From the NCBI GenBank assembly GCA_039683575.1, contig JBDKRC010000302.1:1-64000 (forward strand): DNA of 64,000 nt. The letters run 5' to 3'. This document shows positions 1 to 9,400 of the stretch, in pieces. The stretch's first letter is position 1. Each line of letters begins with the position of its first letter. The DNA is from Armatimonadia bacterium. GTDB lineage: Bacteria > Armatimonadota > Zipacnadia > Zipacnadales > UBA11051. The notes beneath the pieces were generated by a model. The model did no database searches. It had not been told where the DNA came from and was given only the letters and a program-made list of their open reading frames with translations. Both the position numbers and the translations under genes were made by a program.

Positions 1-306
1 ACAGCGAGGCGATACGGCTTGATCCGCAGGACGCAGAGGTCTACTGCAACCGGGGTAATGCGTACTCTGGCAAGCGCGAGTACGATCAGGCTGTCCAGGA
101 TTACAGCGAGGCGATACGGCTTGATCCACAGGACGCAGAGGTCTACTGCAACCGGGGCAATGCGTACTTTGGCAAGCGCGAGTACGATCAGGCCATCACG
201 GACTACAGCGAGGCGATACGGCTTGATCCGAAGGACGCCGGTGCCTATCACAACCGGGCCACCGCCTATTCTGAGAAGCGCGATTACGACCGGGCCATTG
301 CGGATG
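1..306 (+). repeat. 102-bp tandem repeats encoding TPR units
   Basis: ACAGCGAGGCGATACGGCTTGATCC recurs at 1, 103 and 205; the first two units are nearly identical. Confidence 0.9.
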
Positions 307-752
307 ACCGCAAAGCTCTGGAATTCGACCCTGAGTGTCCAGGTGCCCGCACCACTCTATGCTTCTACCTTTATCTGGGCGGGCAACTTGGTGAGGCAAT
401 TGCGGCCGGTCGCGAGGCCGTCACGGCCACGCCGGAAAACGAGTATGCCGTTGGCAACCTGGCGATTGCGCTGCTGGCCGCAGGAAAGGACGCAGATGCC
501 ATTGCCCAGTACCGGCGGCTGGTGGAGATCGGGGCGGAGAAGGCACTGCAGGGCGGCTGCGACACCGACCTGAACGACCTGTTGAAGAAGCGGCCGGGGT
601 TGGCGCTGGCCCACTTCTGCCTCGCGCTGCTCTATGACGGCGACCATGACGGCGCGAAGGCGACGGCGGAGTACGCCGCGTATCTCAAGGCCAGCCCGCA
701 AGGGGACTATGCCGCCGAAGCGCAGCAGCGGCTTGAGGCGTTGCGGCCCTGA
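3..752 (+). CDS. TPR-repeat protein, 5'-truncated by the window edge
   Basis: Frame 3 is open from base 3 and reads SEAIRLDPQDAEVYCNRGNAYSGKREYDQAVQDY (34-aa TPR units), continuing in frame into ORF 522..752; stop TGA at 750-752. Confidence 0.9.
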   Translation, partial: SEAIRLDPQDAEVYCNRGNAYSGKREYDQAVQDYSEAIRLDPQDAEVYCNRGNAYFGKREYDQAITDYSEAIRLDPKDAGAYHNRATAYSEKRDYDRAIADDRKALEFDPECPGARTTLCFYLYLGGQLGEAIAAGREAVTATPENEYAVGNLAIALLAAGKDADAIAQYRRLVEIGAEKALQGGCDTDLNDLLKKRPGLALAHFCLALLYDGDHDGAKATAEYAAYLKASPQGDYAAEAQQRLEALRP

Positions 753-771
753 AGCCGGCGTTTTGCGGCCT

Positions 772-1731
772 TCAGGCGCTGGTGGCCAGGAGGCGCTCCA
801 GCGTCCGGCGCAGGTTCTCATCAAGCGGCCGAAGTAGCTGTGCTTCGTTCGCTTCCAGCGCGGCCTCGGCCCTGAGGCCCTCTGCGGCCAACAGGGTCGC
901 GCGGGCGAGGTGGCGCGCCAGGGGATCGGTGGGGATGTTGGGGCTGTGGTCAAGGGCGGCGAGGTCCGCGGCCACTCGGCTGACCCCGGCTTCGTCCAGC
1001 AACTCGAACCAGACGCGCGGGGAGACCACGTGTGTGCCCGCCAGTTCGGCGTTGAGGTCCCACTCGTACCGGTGCCCAGGCAGGAGTTGTGGGGCCCCGG
1101 CAGGGTACTGCAGGTGTGTAGCGTGCGTTGGCTTGCAGACCCATAGCGGCTTCCCATGGTCGTAGACGGTGACGGTGTACGAAGTGCCGGGCTTGCGGGC
1201 CGCCCACGACAGCATGAGCGGGCGGCGCAGTTCGCGGCTATTGGCCGGTCGCAAAGGGTGGACGCCGTCCGCGGTTGTGGTGGTGAGGTGGCTTGCGGTG
1301 ATGGTGGCCTCAGCGCCACGGCGCGCAAACAACTGGCAGAGCATGAAGCCCCAGACTCGCCGCAGCGAGGCCTTGGTCTGGGGTTGGGTGGCCGGTCGAA
1401 TGACGATTGAGAGATGGTGTGGGTCGGTGGGAATGGCTTCATTCTGGCGGTCGCGGTACTGCAGAACCCCGCGGCTGTTTCGTTGCAGCACCAGGCGCTC
1501 GCCCGTGAACAGACGCAGCGGTGCGTGTACGGGACGCGCCGTGCCCGAACGGCTGATCACCGTGGCCTTGCCAGTCAACTGAAGAAGCACCGCCTGTGGC
1601 GGCTCCGCAGCCCAACTGCGACCTGCCAGAAGACCCGACGCGGCCAGGATCAGGAGCGGCGTCCAGCCGCGCCAGGGCGAGCGGTGGTGGCAAGAGCGAA
1701 TTGGCATTCTGCGCGCGACCTGGTTGCACAT
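772..1731 (-). CDS. Secreted protein with FecR-like N-terminal beta region and DUF928-like C-terminal domain
   Basis: Signal peptide (PLLILAASGLLAGRSWA-AEP); LSW..YTVTV..LW..LQYP..APQLLPGHRYEW pattern resembles DUF928-type proteins; helical C-terminus. Confidence 0.55.
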   Translation of the reverse strand: MCNQVARRMPIRSCHHRSPWRGWTPLLILAASGLLAGRSWAAEPPQAVLLQLTGKATVISRSGTARPVHAPLRLFTGERLVLQRNSRGVLQYRDRQNEAIPTDPHHLSIVIRPATQPQTKASLRRVWGFMLCQLFARRGAEATITASHLTTTTADGVHPLRPANSRELRRPLMLSWAARKPGTSYTVTVYDHGKPLWVCKPTHATHLQYPAGAPQLLPGHRYEWDLNAELAGTHVVSPRVWFELLDEAGVSRVAADLAALDHSPNIPTDPLARHLARATLLAAEGLRAEAALEANEAQLLRPLDENLRRTLERLLATSA

Positions 1732-1772
1732 GGAAGGCCTCCTGCGATGCCCTCATCCAAACCACGCTAGCA

Positions 1773-1801
1773 TTGTTTTGCATCTTCGGGCTGGCTATAA
1801 T
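1773..1801 (+). promoter_or_regulatory. Candidate sigma70 promoter for the M48 operon
   Basis: TTGTTT (1773-1778), 17-bp spacer, perfect TATAAT (1796-1801) in the divergent intergenic region. Confidence 0.5.
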
Positions 1802-1925
1802 AGCCCTCGGTCAATGCCGCGCGGAGAGTAATCCGGGTAGTATCCCCCGAAGCTTCGCCCACATTGTACAGCGTTCCGCCTCATTTGCGAACTAGCTATC
1901 GTTAGCCTCTGCTGGGGGGCCTGGC

Positions 1926-4034
1926 ATGCCCGCTGCATCTGTTTGCTCTGACGACGCCTTAGTAGTGCGTGGTGGGGCTTTACGCAGTCTTCGCCTGGAG
2001 GCGGCGGCGAAGGTCGCCACTCGCGGGGGCCTGCCTGCACGCGTGCAATGTCGTCGGCACAAGGTCACCTTCCCCTCCTCACTGTTGCGAGCCGTTGGTC
2101 TGCTTGGCGCGGTTCTTTGGCTGTGCATGCCCGTGGTGGCTACACCAGAGGGCGCTCAGCCCGAGGAACTCGTCAAGACCGTCGCTTCGCGTCTCGAGGT
2201 TGCTCTGCGGGCGGACCGCGACTGCAAGCTGGACTGGGGTGGCGTGCGGTTGCGCTACGTGATTGTCAGTGACGCCGACTCGGCGCTTAACGCTTCCATC
2301 GCGATGGCGCCCGAGGGCGGCAAGCAGCCGGTGCTGCCGACCCGGTCGCTCTGCTGCTGGGACCTGCATCGCGTTGGCGTGGCGCCGCCCCCGGGCCCGA
2401 CCCCCTCGCGCTCAGGCTACGGCCCGTGTGCGGGCACCGTGATGATCGGAGCCCGGCTCGTTCGGGAAGTTTGTCACGACGACCCCTCGCGCGTGGCCGT
2501 ATTGCTAGGCCACGAACTGGCCCATCTGGCTTTCTGGGACTTCCGGACTGTGCCCGCGGGGGGTGGCGATGCCCTCCAACTTGCGGACCTTGACCAGGAG
2601 AGGGAGTTGGCCGCAGACGAGGCCGGCTTGCGCTATGCTCTTGCTGCGGGCTACGAGAATGCGGAACAGGCTGCCACGGAGGTCTGGAAGACGATGAGCC
2701 TGGTGTGCGGGGATCAATCGCCTTTGGAGCCCGCCAGAGCACTGAGCACACATCCCAGCCACCTGATGCGTCTGCAACTGCTGCAGCAGGAGCCGCGAAG
2801 GCGGCAGTTGTACCGCTCGCTGCAGACGTTCGAGACCGGCTCATACTACCTGCAGATGGGGCAGTGGGAGGCCGCTCAGGAGTGCTTTGAGAGCGCGTCC
2901 CAACGCTTCCCCGGGCGGCCCGAGGTGTTGACCAACATCGCCTACGCCCTCATGATGCGCTTCTATGCCGCGCTCCCGCCCGAGGCGCGCGGCCGTCTCG
3001 GTGGCGAGCTTTCCTGCCTCTCGTACGCCACCACACACCCCCCGATTCTGGGCGGAACCACCATAGACCGAGCGCTGCTCCAGGAGGCCATTTCGCGCTA
3101 TCGCGAGGCGCTCGCGGCCGAGCCCGCCTTTCTCCCGGCTCAAGTCGGCCTGGGCACGGCCCTGCTCATGGACCCCGACGTCACCGCAGCCGCCCCCGGG
3201 CCGCTTGCAGAGGCCGTGGAACTGCTTCGCGTCGCCGAGCAGAGGGCGAGAGAGACCGGGGACGAGTGCGCGCTGATAGACGCTGCCACCAACGGCGCGC
3301 TGGCTTTCAAGCGCCTGGGACGGGGAGACGCTGCCTCGTACCGGAAGGCGCTGGAGCGTGCATTCAAGCAGATTCCCGAGGGGGCGCAGTGTCTGCCGCT
3401 CATGCTCAATCTGGCCACGGCCCTGGCGGAGGCAAAGGCCGACCGTCGAGAGCCCGGAAAACTCCTTCAGACTTACCTCGAGCAGACCCCGGAGTGCAGT
3501 TACTACCACAAACAAGCGCGCGCACAATTGCTGGCTCTGGGGCTGCCACTGCCTGGCTCGCAGGCGGATCTGGAGTGGGGAGGGGCCTGGTGCCTGACCT
3601 TGCCCAACGGCGAGATGATCGCGCTGGGGCAGGAGTGGGAGCGGGTGCAGAGGGCTCTGGGCCAGGTGCACGGGACGACGATCCCCATTGGCCAGGCGGC
3701 ACAGACCTTCACCTGGGACTGTCCCGACCTGGGAATGCAGTTGCGCTTGTGGCACGGCAGGCTGCGCGTCATCCTGCTCACGTCGCCGGTGGCGCCGGCC
3801 GTCGAAGTGTGGGGCACTCAGGATAGCCGCCATGAAGGGCCGCACCTGACTCTCAAAGTAGGCGCCCCCGGGCCCATTGCGGCAGATGGCCCGGCCCTGA
3901 AGCTTGGGACCGCCACACAGCCGCTCAAGATCTCAGGCAGCGAATACAAGCTCTACCGGGCAACCAACCTGGCGATCAACTGGCGGGGCGAGCCCCCCAT
4001 GATCGCGGGCCTCGCCCTTATCTGCGGGGGCTAA
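1926..4034 (+). CDS. Exported M48-family zinc metallopeptidase with TPR repeats (true start probably later, e.g. GTG 2043)
   Basis: AVLLGHELAH (HExxH), ERELAADEAG and STHP..RL motifs of M48; TPR-like helices; hydrophobic signal segment LLRAVGLLGAVLWLCMPVVA. Confidence 0.85.
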   Translation: MPAASVCSDDALVVRGGALRSLRLEAAAKVATRGGLPARVQCRRHKVTFPSSLLRAVGLLGAVLWLCMPVVATPEGAQPEELVKTVASRLEVALRADRDCKLDWGGVRLRYVIVSDADSALNASIAMAPEGGKQPVLPTRSLCCWDLHRVGVAPPPGPTPSRSGYGPCAGTVMIGARLVREVCHDDPSRVAVLLGHELAHLAFWDFRTVPAGGGDALQLADLDQERELAADEAGLRYALAAGYENAEQAATEVWKTMSLVCGDQSPLEPARALSTHPSHLMRLQLLQQEPRRRQLYRSLQTFETGSYYLQMGQWEAAQECFESASQRFPGRPEVLTNIAYALMMRFYAALPPEARGRLGGELSCLSYATTHPPILGGTTIDRALLQEAISRYREALAAEPAFLPAQVGLGTALLMDPDVTAAAPGPLAEAVELLRVAEQRARETGDECALIDAATNGALAFKRLGRGDAASYRKALERAFKQIPEGAQCLPLMLNLATALAEAKADRREPGKLLQTYLEQTPECSYYHKQARAQLLALGLPLPGSQADLEWGGAWCLTLPNGEMIALGQEWERVQRALGQVHGTTIPIGQAAQTFTWDCPDLGMQLRLWHGRLRVILLTSPVAPAVEVWGTQDSRHEGPHLTLKVGAPGPIAADGPALKLGTATQPLKISGSEYKLYRATNLAINWRGEPPMIAGLALICGG

Positions 4035-4122
4035 TACATCTCCAAGAACTGTGCGCATCGGGTTGGGTGGTGTCCTCTGCCCAGCCTCTGGTACCGCGCC
4101 ATCACTGACAGGGAGCGGGCAA

Positions 4123-6420
4123 ATGCGAACCCTTCGGCGCTTTTTGGCACTGGCTGGCACACTCCTCACTCTCGCCATCTTCCTCCCACCGGCCTCCGCT
4201 GCCAAGCTGCGAGTCGCCGTGCTGGAGTTTGGCAACGCTCATCGTGACCCTCGCCTGGGCACCCCCGAGGCGGCCCAGACCCTCACCCGCGGCTTCAAGC
4301 ACTTCCTTAACTCCACGCAACGTTTCGAGGTTCTCGCTGAAGCCGCGCCGGAGGCGAGTCTGCCCCGAGACGCCAGGCTCAGTGATCCGCGCGCGGCCAT
4401 CGCCGCGCTGCAGGGCCGCAACCTGGACTACCTGGTCACGGGCCTGCTGGAGGGGGACGCGTCCACCACCGAGGCAACCGCGAGCTTCAACCCGCTGACA
4501 GGCCCGAAAAGTGGCTATATCGCCGCAGACGTGAGGGCGGTAGGAATCACCACAACGCAGGTGAGCTATCTGGCGAAAACCCTTGCGGACCAAGCCGTCA
4601 AGGCCTTCCCGCTGCAGGGCTGCGTCCTGATGTCGTTTGACGGTGGCGGGTTCCTGGCGGACCTCGGAGCCGACGACGGCCTGGCGGTGAACGACACGCT
4701 GGACGTCCGCCAGATTGCCAACGAATATAAGGACCCTGCCTCCGGCGAAATTCTCTATCAAGATCTCAGGACGGTCGGGCGGGCGCGGGTGGTGGGGCTT
4801 GACCCGGGCGGGAGAACTTGCAGGTGCGAGATGAACACCGGCGACGTGCGGGCGCAGAAAGGCATGCTGGTGGCGAGCGCGGCCGCTGAGGTTGCCTCCG
4901 GGCCGTCAGTCACTCTGGCTGTCGGCGAACCCATTGTCTCGTGGCCGACTAGGCCCCATGACGAGACCGCCTACTTCGCTCAGGGCCTGCCCGGTTGCCT
5001 CTCCAACGGCGACCGTGGCTTTGCCGTGCTTAATCGCCCCGACCTTAGGTTCATCCGCGATGAGATCGAGTTGGGGCAGGGGGCGGATTTCGACTGGGAT
5101 ACGACGGCCAAGGCGGGTCATCTGCTGGGCGCGAGTGTCCTGGCGGTGCCGGTCATCGCCAGGCGCGGGGCTGACTATGTGGCAAGCGCCCGCCTCGACG
5201 ACGTGGCCACCGGGCGCGTTCTGGTGACTGCAACGGTTTGCGGGCCCCGCCTGGCTGACCTCCTGGACCCGCTGGCCGAGGAGATTACCCGGTGCCTGCA
5301 GCCCCTGACGCCTGAGGAAGTGGGGCCCGGCCTCCCCAGGGCCAAACTGGCCTGCGACTACGATAAGGGCGTCATCCCCCTCACCCAGTACCCCTGCCTG
5401 CGCCGGTTTGACATGGGGCTGGTGCGCTGGGCGCTGGAGAATCCGGGCGATGAGCCGCAGACCCTGCGCATCACGACCGACATCCCCGGCTACACCGCCG
5501 CGCCTTGCACCACCGAAGTGTGTCTCAAACCCCACCAGAGGCTCAGCAGCCTGGGGCAGACGCCACCACTCGATCCCGCCAGGATCACGGCCCTGGCTGA
5601 GGAGACGACGCCGGCACAGGTGAAGTGCGTGATGGAACTGGTGCAGGGGGGGCGGGCCAGGAAGCTGCTGGATGACAGCTATGAGGTTCGCCTGCTGCGG
5701 CCCGGCATCTGGGTGGCGCGCCTGAACGCGGTGGACCTTGTGCCCACCGTGGCCCTCATGGCCCGCGACAGCGCTCTGCTGGTGCAGTTGCGGGGCCGGG
5801 CGGCGACGCTGTCCAACCGCAAGAGCCTTCCGGGGTATCAACTGGATGCCCAGGGAGCAGACGGAGTGGCCGACACGCCAGAGAACCGGGCCAGCCTGGT
5901 GCGTGACCAGGTAGCGGCCCTCTACCGCGCCGTCGCGGAGTTCAAGCGCGCGGATGGCACGCGCGGGCTCAGGTATGTGGACCAATCGGCCATCGCCTTC
6001 CCGCCTACCGGCGCCCAGCGCGTCCTGACCCCCGATGAGACACTGCAGGGCGGGGGCGCGAACTGCCTCGACAGCAGCATCCTGTTCGCTGCCTTGCTGG
6101 CGCCGGTGATGCAGCCCATCTTGATCATCACCGACACCCACGCTTTTGTCGGATGGCGCACCTGGAGCAACCCCGAAGCCCCCTATGACGTGGTCGAAAC
6201 CACGTGCATTGGAGCGGCCAGTTTCGAGGAGGCGGTCGCCCGCGCCCGCACGGAGGCCGATCAGGCGCGCATATCGGCGCTGCTCGAGGGGAAGCAAGGA
6301 CGTCTGAGCTACAACCCCAAGGGGGAGCTGGTCGCCCCACGGGATGTGCTCTCACTGCCGGGGGTGCAGGCGATTCTAGACGTCAGGACGGCCCGGACTT
6401 ACTTCCAGTCGTGCTTCTGA
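4123..6420 (+). CDS. Exported protein: CsgG/FlgT-like domains plus C-terminal transglutaminase-like (Cys-His-Glu) domain
   Basis: GGGAG before ATG 4123; signal peptide; LRVAVLEF..RFEVL and AVLNRPDLRFIRDEIELGQ..TAKAGHLLGA CsgG-like modules; GANCLDSSILFAALL..THAFVGW..VETT triad. Confidence 0.75.
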   Translation: MRTLRRFLALAGTLLTLAIFLPPASAAKLRVAVLEFGNAHRDPRLGTPEAAQTLTRGFKHFLNSTQRFEVLAEAAPEASLPRDARLSDPRAAIAALQGRNLDYLVTGLLEGDASTTEATASFNPLTGPKSGYIAADVRAVGITTTQVSYLAKTLADQAVKAFPLQGCVLMSFDGGGFLADLGADDGLAVNDTLDVRQIANEYKDPASGEILYQDLRTVGRARVVGLDPGGRTCRCEMNTGDVRAQKGMLVASAAAEVASGPSVTLAVGEPIVSWPTRPHDETAYFAQGLPGCLSNGDRGFAVLNRPDLRFIRDEIELGQGADFDWDTTAKAGHLLGASVLAVPVIARRGADYVASARLDDVATGRVLVTATVCGPRLADLLDPLAEEITRCLQPLTPEEVGPGLPRAKLACDYDKGVIPLTQYPCLRRFDMGLVRWALENPGDEPQTLRITTDIPGYTAAPCTTEVCLKPHQRLSSLGQTPPLDPARITALAEETTPAQVKCVMELVQGGRARKLLDDSYEVRLLRPGIWVARLNAVDLVPTVALMARDSALLVQLRGRAATLSNRKSLPGYQLDAQGADGVADTPENRASLVRDQVAALYRAVAEFKRADGTRGLRYVDQSAIAFPPTGAQRVLTPDETLQGGGANCLDSSILFAALLAPVMQPILIITDTHAFVGWRTWSNPEAPYDVVETTCIGAASFEEAVARARTEADQARISALLEGKQGRLSYNPKGELVAPRDVLSLPGVQAILDVRTARTYFQSCF

Positions 6421-6458
6421 CGACAACCGGACTTGGCCGCACGAGAGGAACGCCAAAC

Positions 6459-9400
6459 ATGTTTTGTAAGAAGATCGTGCGCGCGAGAGCCATCGCGCTC
6501 GCGTGCGGGCTGCTGCTGGCGATTCTGATCGTTGCGGGCAAACCGGCGGCCGCTGGCCAGCAGCAGGCCCAGGCTGGGCTTGCCGGCGACGCTGACGGCA
6601 AGCCCACGTTCCTGGCAGTCGTCGGCTTCGAGACTTCCGCGCGCACGCCGGAGGAGTCGTCGTTCGGCGCCGCTCTGGGACAGGAACTCACCACTCGGCT
6701 TGCTATGGACTCCACCCATCTGGCGATGGTGGAACGGCTGCAGCTCAATGAGATACTGGCGGCGCGTGGCGTCGTCAAGTGTATGCTCGACCTGGGGCAC
6801 CAGCCGGGCGCAGTGGGGCAGGAAGACCCCGAAGGCAAGCCGGCTGCTGAAGCACTGCGCGCGGAACTGGCGCAGACCGGAGACAGTGCCCAGCGCCGGC
6901 TCTACGGCGCGGATTACCTACTCCTGGGCTTCGTGCGGTGCGGTGAGAAGTCGCTGGTGGCAGATACGCGACTGGACACGGTAGCCAATGGCGTTGTCAG
7001 GATGGGCGTGACCGCCGAGGTCAAGCGCACTCCCGAAGGCCTGGAGCACGATCTTCAGGACCTGGCCGTAGCCTTGACGGTGAAGTGGTGTGAGAAGCTG
7101 GGTGTGCAGGTCACCGCCGAGATGACGCGGGTGAGCGAAGACAAGCCGGGGCTCTACCTCGCCTGGTGCCAGGCCCAGGAGCATCTGCTGCGCGGGGAGT
7201 TTGAGCAGTGCGAGCAGGTGGCGAGCGAGGCGCTGCGCACGGTGCCGGGTGATCGCCTGCTCGAGGCGCTCAGCGAGACGCGCGATCTGGCCTACGAGCG
7301 CTTGATAGACCGGGAAAAGCCCGGCTCGGCAGCTTGGCGGAAGTGGGTGGACGAGAACATCAGCAAAGCCGAGGCCGCGCTGGGCTATGCGCGAGCCCTC
7401 AAGACCGTGGCCGCCTACTACGCCGGCCGCGCCCAGGAGCGGGCGGGCAACCTCAAGGCTGCCGAGAACCTCTATCGCGAATGCCTGTGCGAGCGCCCCA
7501 CCCGGGTGCTGTGGGACTATGAGGCCGGGGGCGACATTGGCACCCCGGTGGTTGCGGGTGGGATAGCCTACGCAGGCTCCAAAGACGGTTATCTGCGGGC
7601 CTTCGACGCCAAGACCGGCAAGGTGTTGTGGGGTTCTAGGACGGGGGGCCGCATTGACACTCCCGTGGTCGTGGATGGTGTCGCCTACGCGGGCTCGGAC
7701 GATCACCTCCTGCGAGCCTTCGATGCCACGACGGGGAAGCTCCTGTGGAGCTTTGACAGTGAGTGTGCCACCTGGCCTCGCCCGATAGTGGTCTCTGAGG
7801 GCGTCGTTTGTACGGTGTTCGGCGAAGAGCACTTCCGGTCGTTCGACGCCAAGACGGGCAAGTTGCTGTGGAAGTTCGATACCGACAAGGGCATAGCCGC
7901 CTGGGTCATCACAGGCCATACCGCTCTGGTCGCTTCGGAAGACCAGCACCTGCGAGCTTTCGAGGCCGGCACCGGCCAACTGCTGTGGGATGCTGGCACT
8001 CCCTACAGAGTCGATTCCCTCAAGCCCGTGGATGGCATCGTGTTCGCGCTGCAGGGGGTTGTGGGCGCTGGTGATGCTCTCGGGGCCTACGAGATCAAGA
8101 GCGGCAGGCTCCTTTGGGGTGTGAAGTGCGAAGGAATCCAGGCCCCGGTCGTCGCGGGAGGCCTTGTCTACACCGGCGCTGATGACGATCATCTACGCGC
8201 CTTCGTGGCGCAGACCGGCAAGCTGGTCTGGGATTTTAAGCTCCAGTCTTACGAGACGCCGCCGGTCGTCGACGGCGTCGTCTATGCCACCGAGAATGGG
8301 GATCTCAGGGCCCTCGACGCCAGGACGGGGAAGCTGCAGTGGCATTTCCAGTCGGACAAGTGGACCGGCACTCCCGCGGTCGTTGACGGCGTCGCGTATG
8401 CGTATGATAGCAGCCACCTCCGAGCCTTCGACGCCAAGACCGGGCAGGCGTTGTGGGCAGTCGTTGCGGAAGTCGGCGACGACCGCCCCTTGATCGTGGA
8501 TGGCGCGGCCTATTGCCGTTCGGGGGACAACCATTTGCGTGCCTTTGACGCAGAGACTGGGAACCTGCTGTTCGACTTCGTCTCGCGGAATCTGTTCCAC
8601 CTGCCCGCGGTCTTCTCGGGCATTGCCTACGCCGGCTCTATGGATCACCACCTGCGAGCCTTCGACACCGCCAAGCCCGCCGGTCCCGACTATGCCGAGC
8701 GCGCCACCGGCAGGCTGATGCAATGCCTGGCCAACGACGGACAGTCCGCGGAGGCCCTGCGTCTTGGCGCGCGTCTTTGCAGGGAGACGACCGCACGCGC
8801 CCCTGAGACTTCCAGGGCTCTCCAGACGGCCGTCTCGCAGGCCTGGCCGGAGCTGGCGGAGGCCCGCATGGGACTGCACCCGCGCCTGGGTAGCCACGCC
8901 GGCCCCCCCCAACTCTCCTGGGACCTCGCTCTGGGTGAGACGCGACCCGCAGCCCGGTCGGTCTCCCTGTATGGCCTGTTGCTCTCCGATGGAGTGGCCT
9001 ACGCAGGCTGGGATGACGGTCGCGTACAGGCCATTGACACCGCCAAGGGCACAGTACTGTGGGAGGTCTCGGTGACTGGCCTCAACCGCGCTCTGGTGAT
9101 CGCCAATGGAGTGGTGTTCGCCACTGGCTATGAGGGCATGACGGCGCTTGCGGCCAAGACCGGGAAGATCTTGTGGAGATCCGCCGCACTCTGTCTGGAC
9201 CCTCCCGTGATCGTCAATGGAGTGGGCTACGCCGCCGCGTTTGAGAATGGAGGGCGCTACGCCCCGGCGTTTCTTAATGGCCATCACTACCTCCGCGCTT
9301 TCGACCCGAGCACCGGAAAGGTGTTGTGGGACTTCGTGGACGAAGGCATGATGGGCACGCCGGTAGTCGCTGATGGAGTGGCCTTTGTCGCCTCGCCGGG

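Noticed and set aside
19-573. 184-aa repetitive ORF in frame 1
   Set aside because: Off-frame reading of the TPR gene in frame 3.
1802-2040. Riboswitch in the long leader of the M48 gene
   Set aside because: No recognisable riboswitch consensus; the start codon is uncertain.
3030-3070. PPILGG linker in the M48 protein as a CHAT/caspase cleavage site
   Set aside because: No such protease in the window and no matching motif in neighbouring proteins; too speculative.
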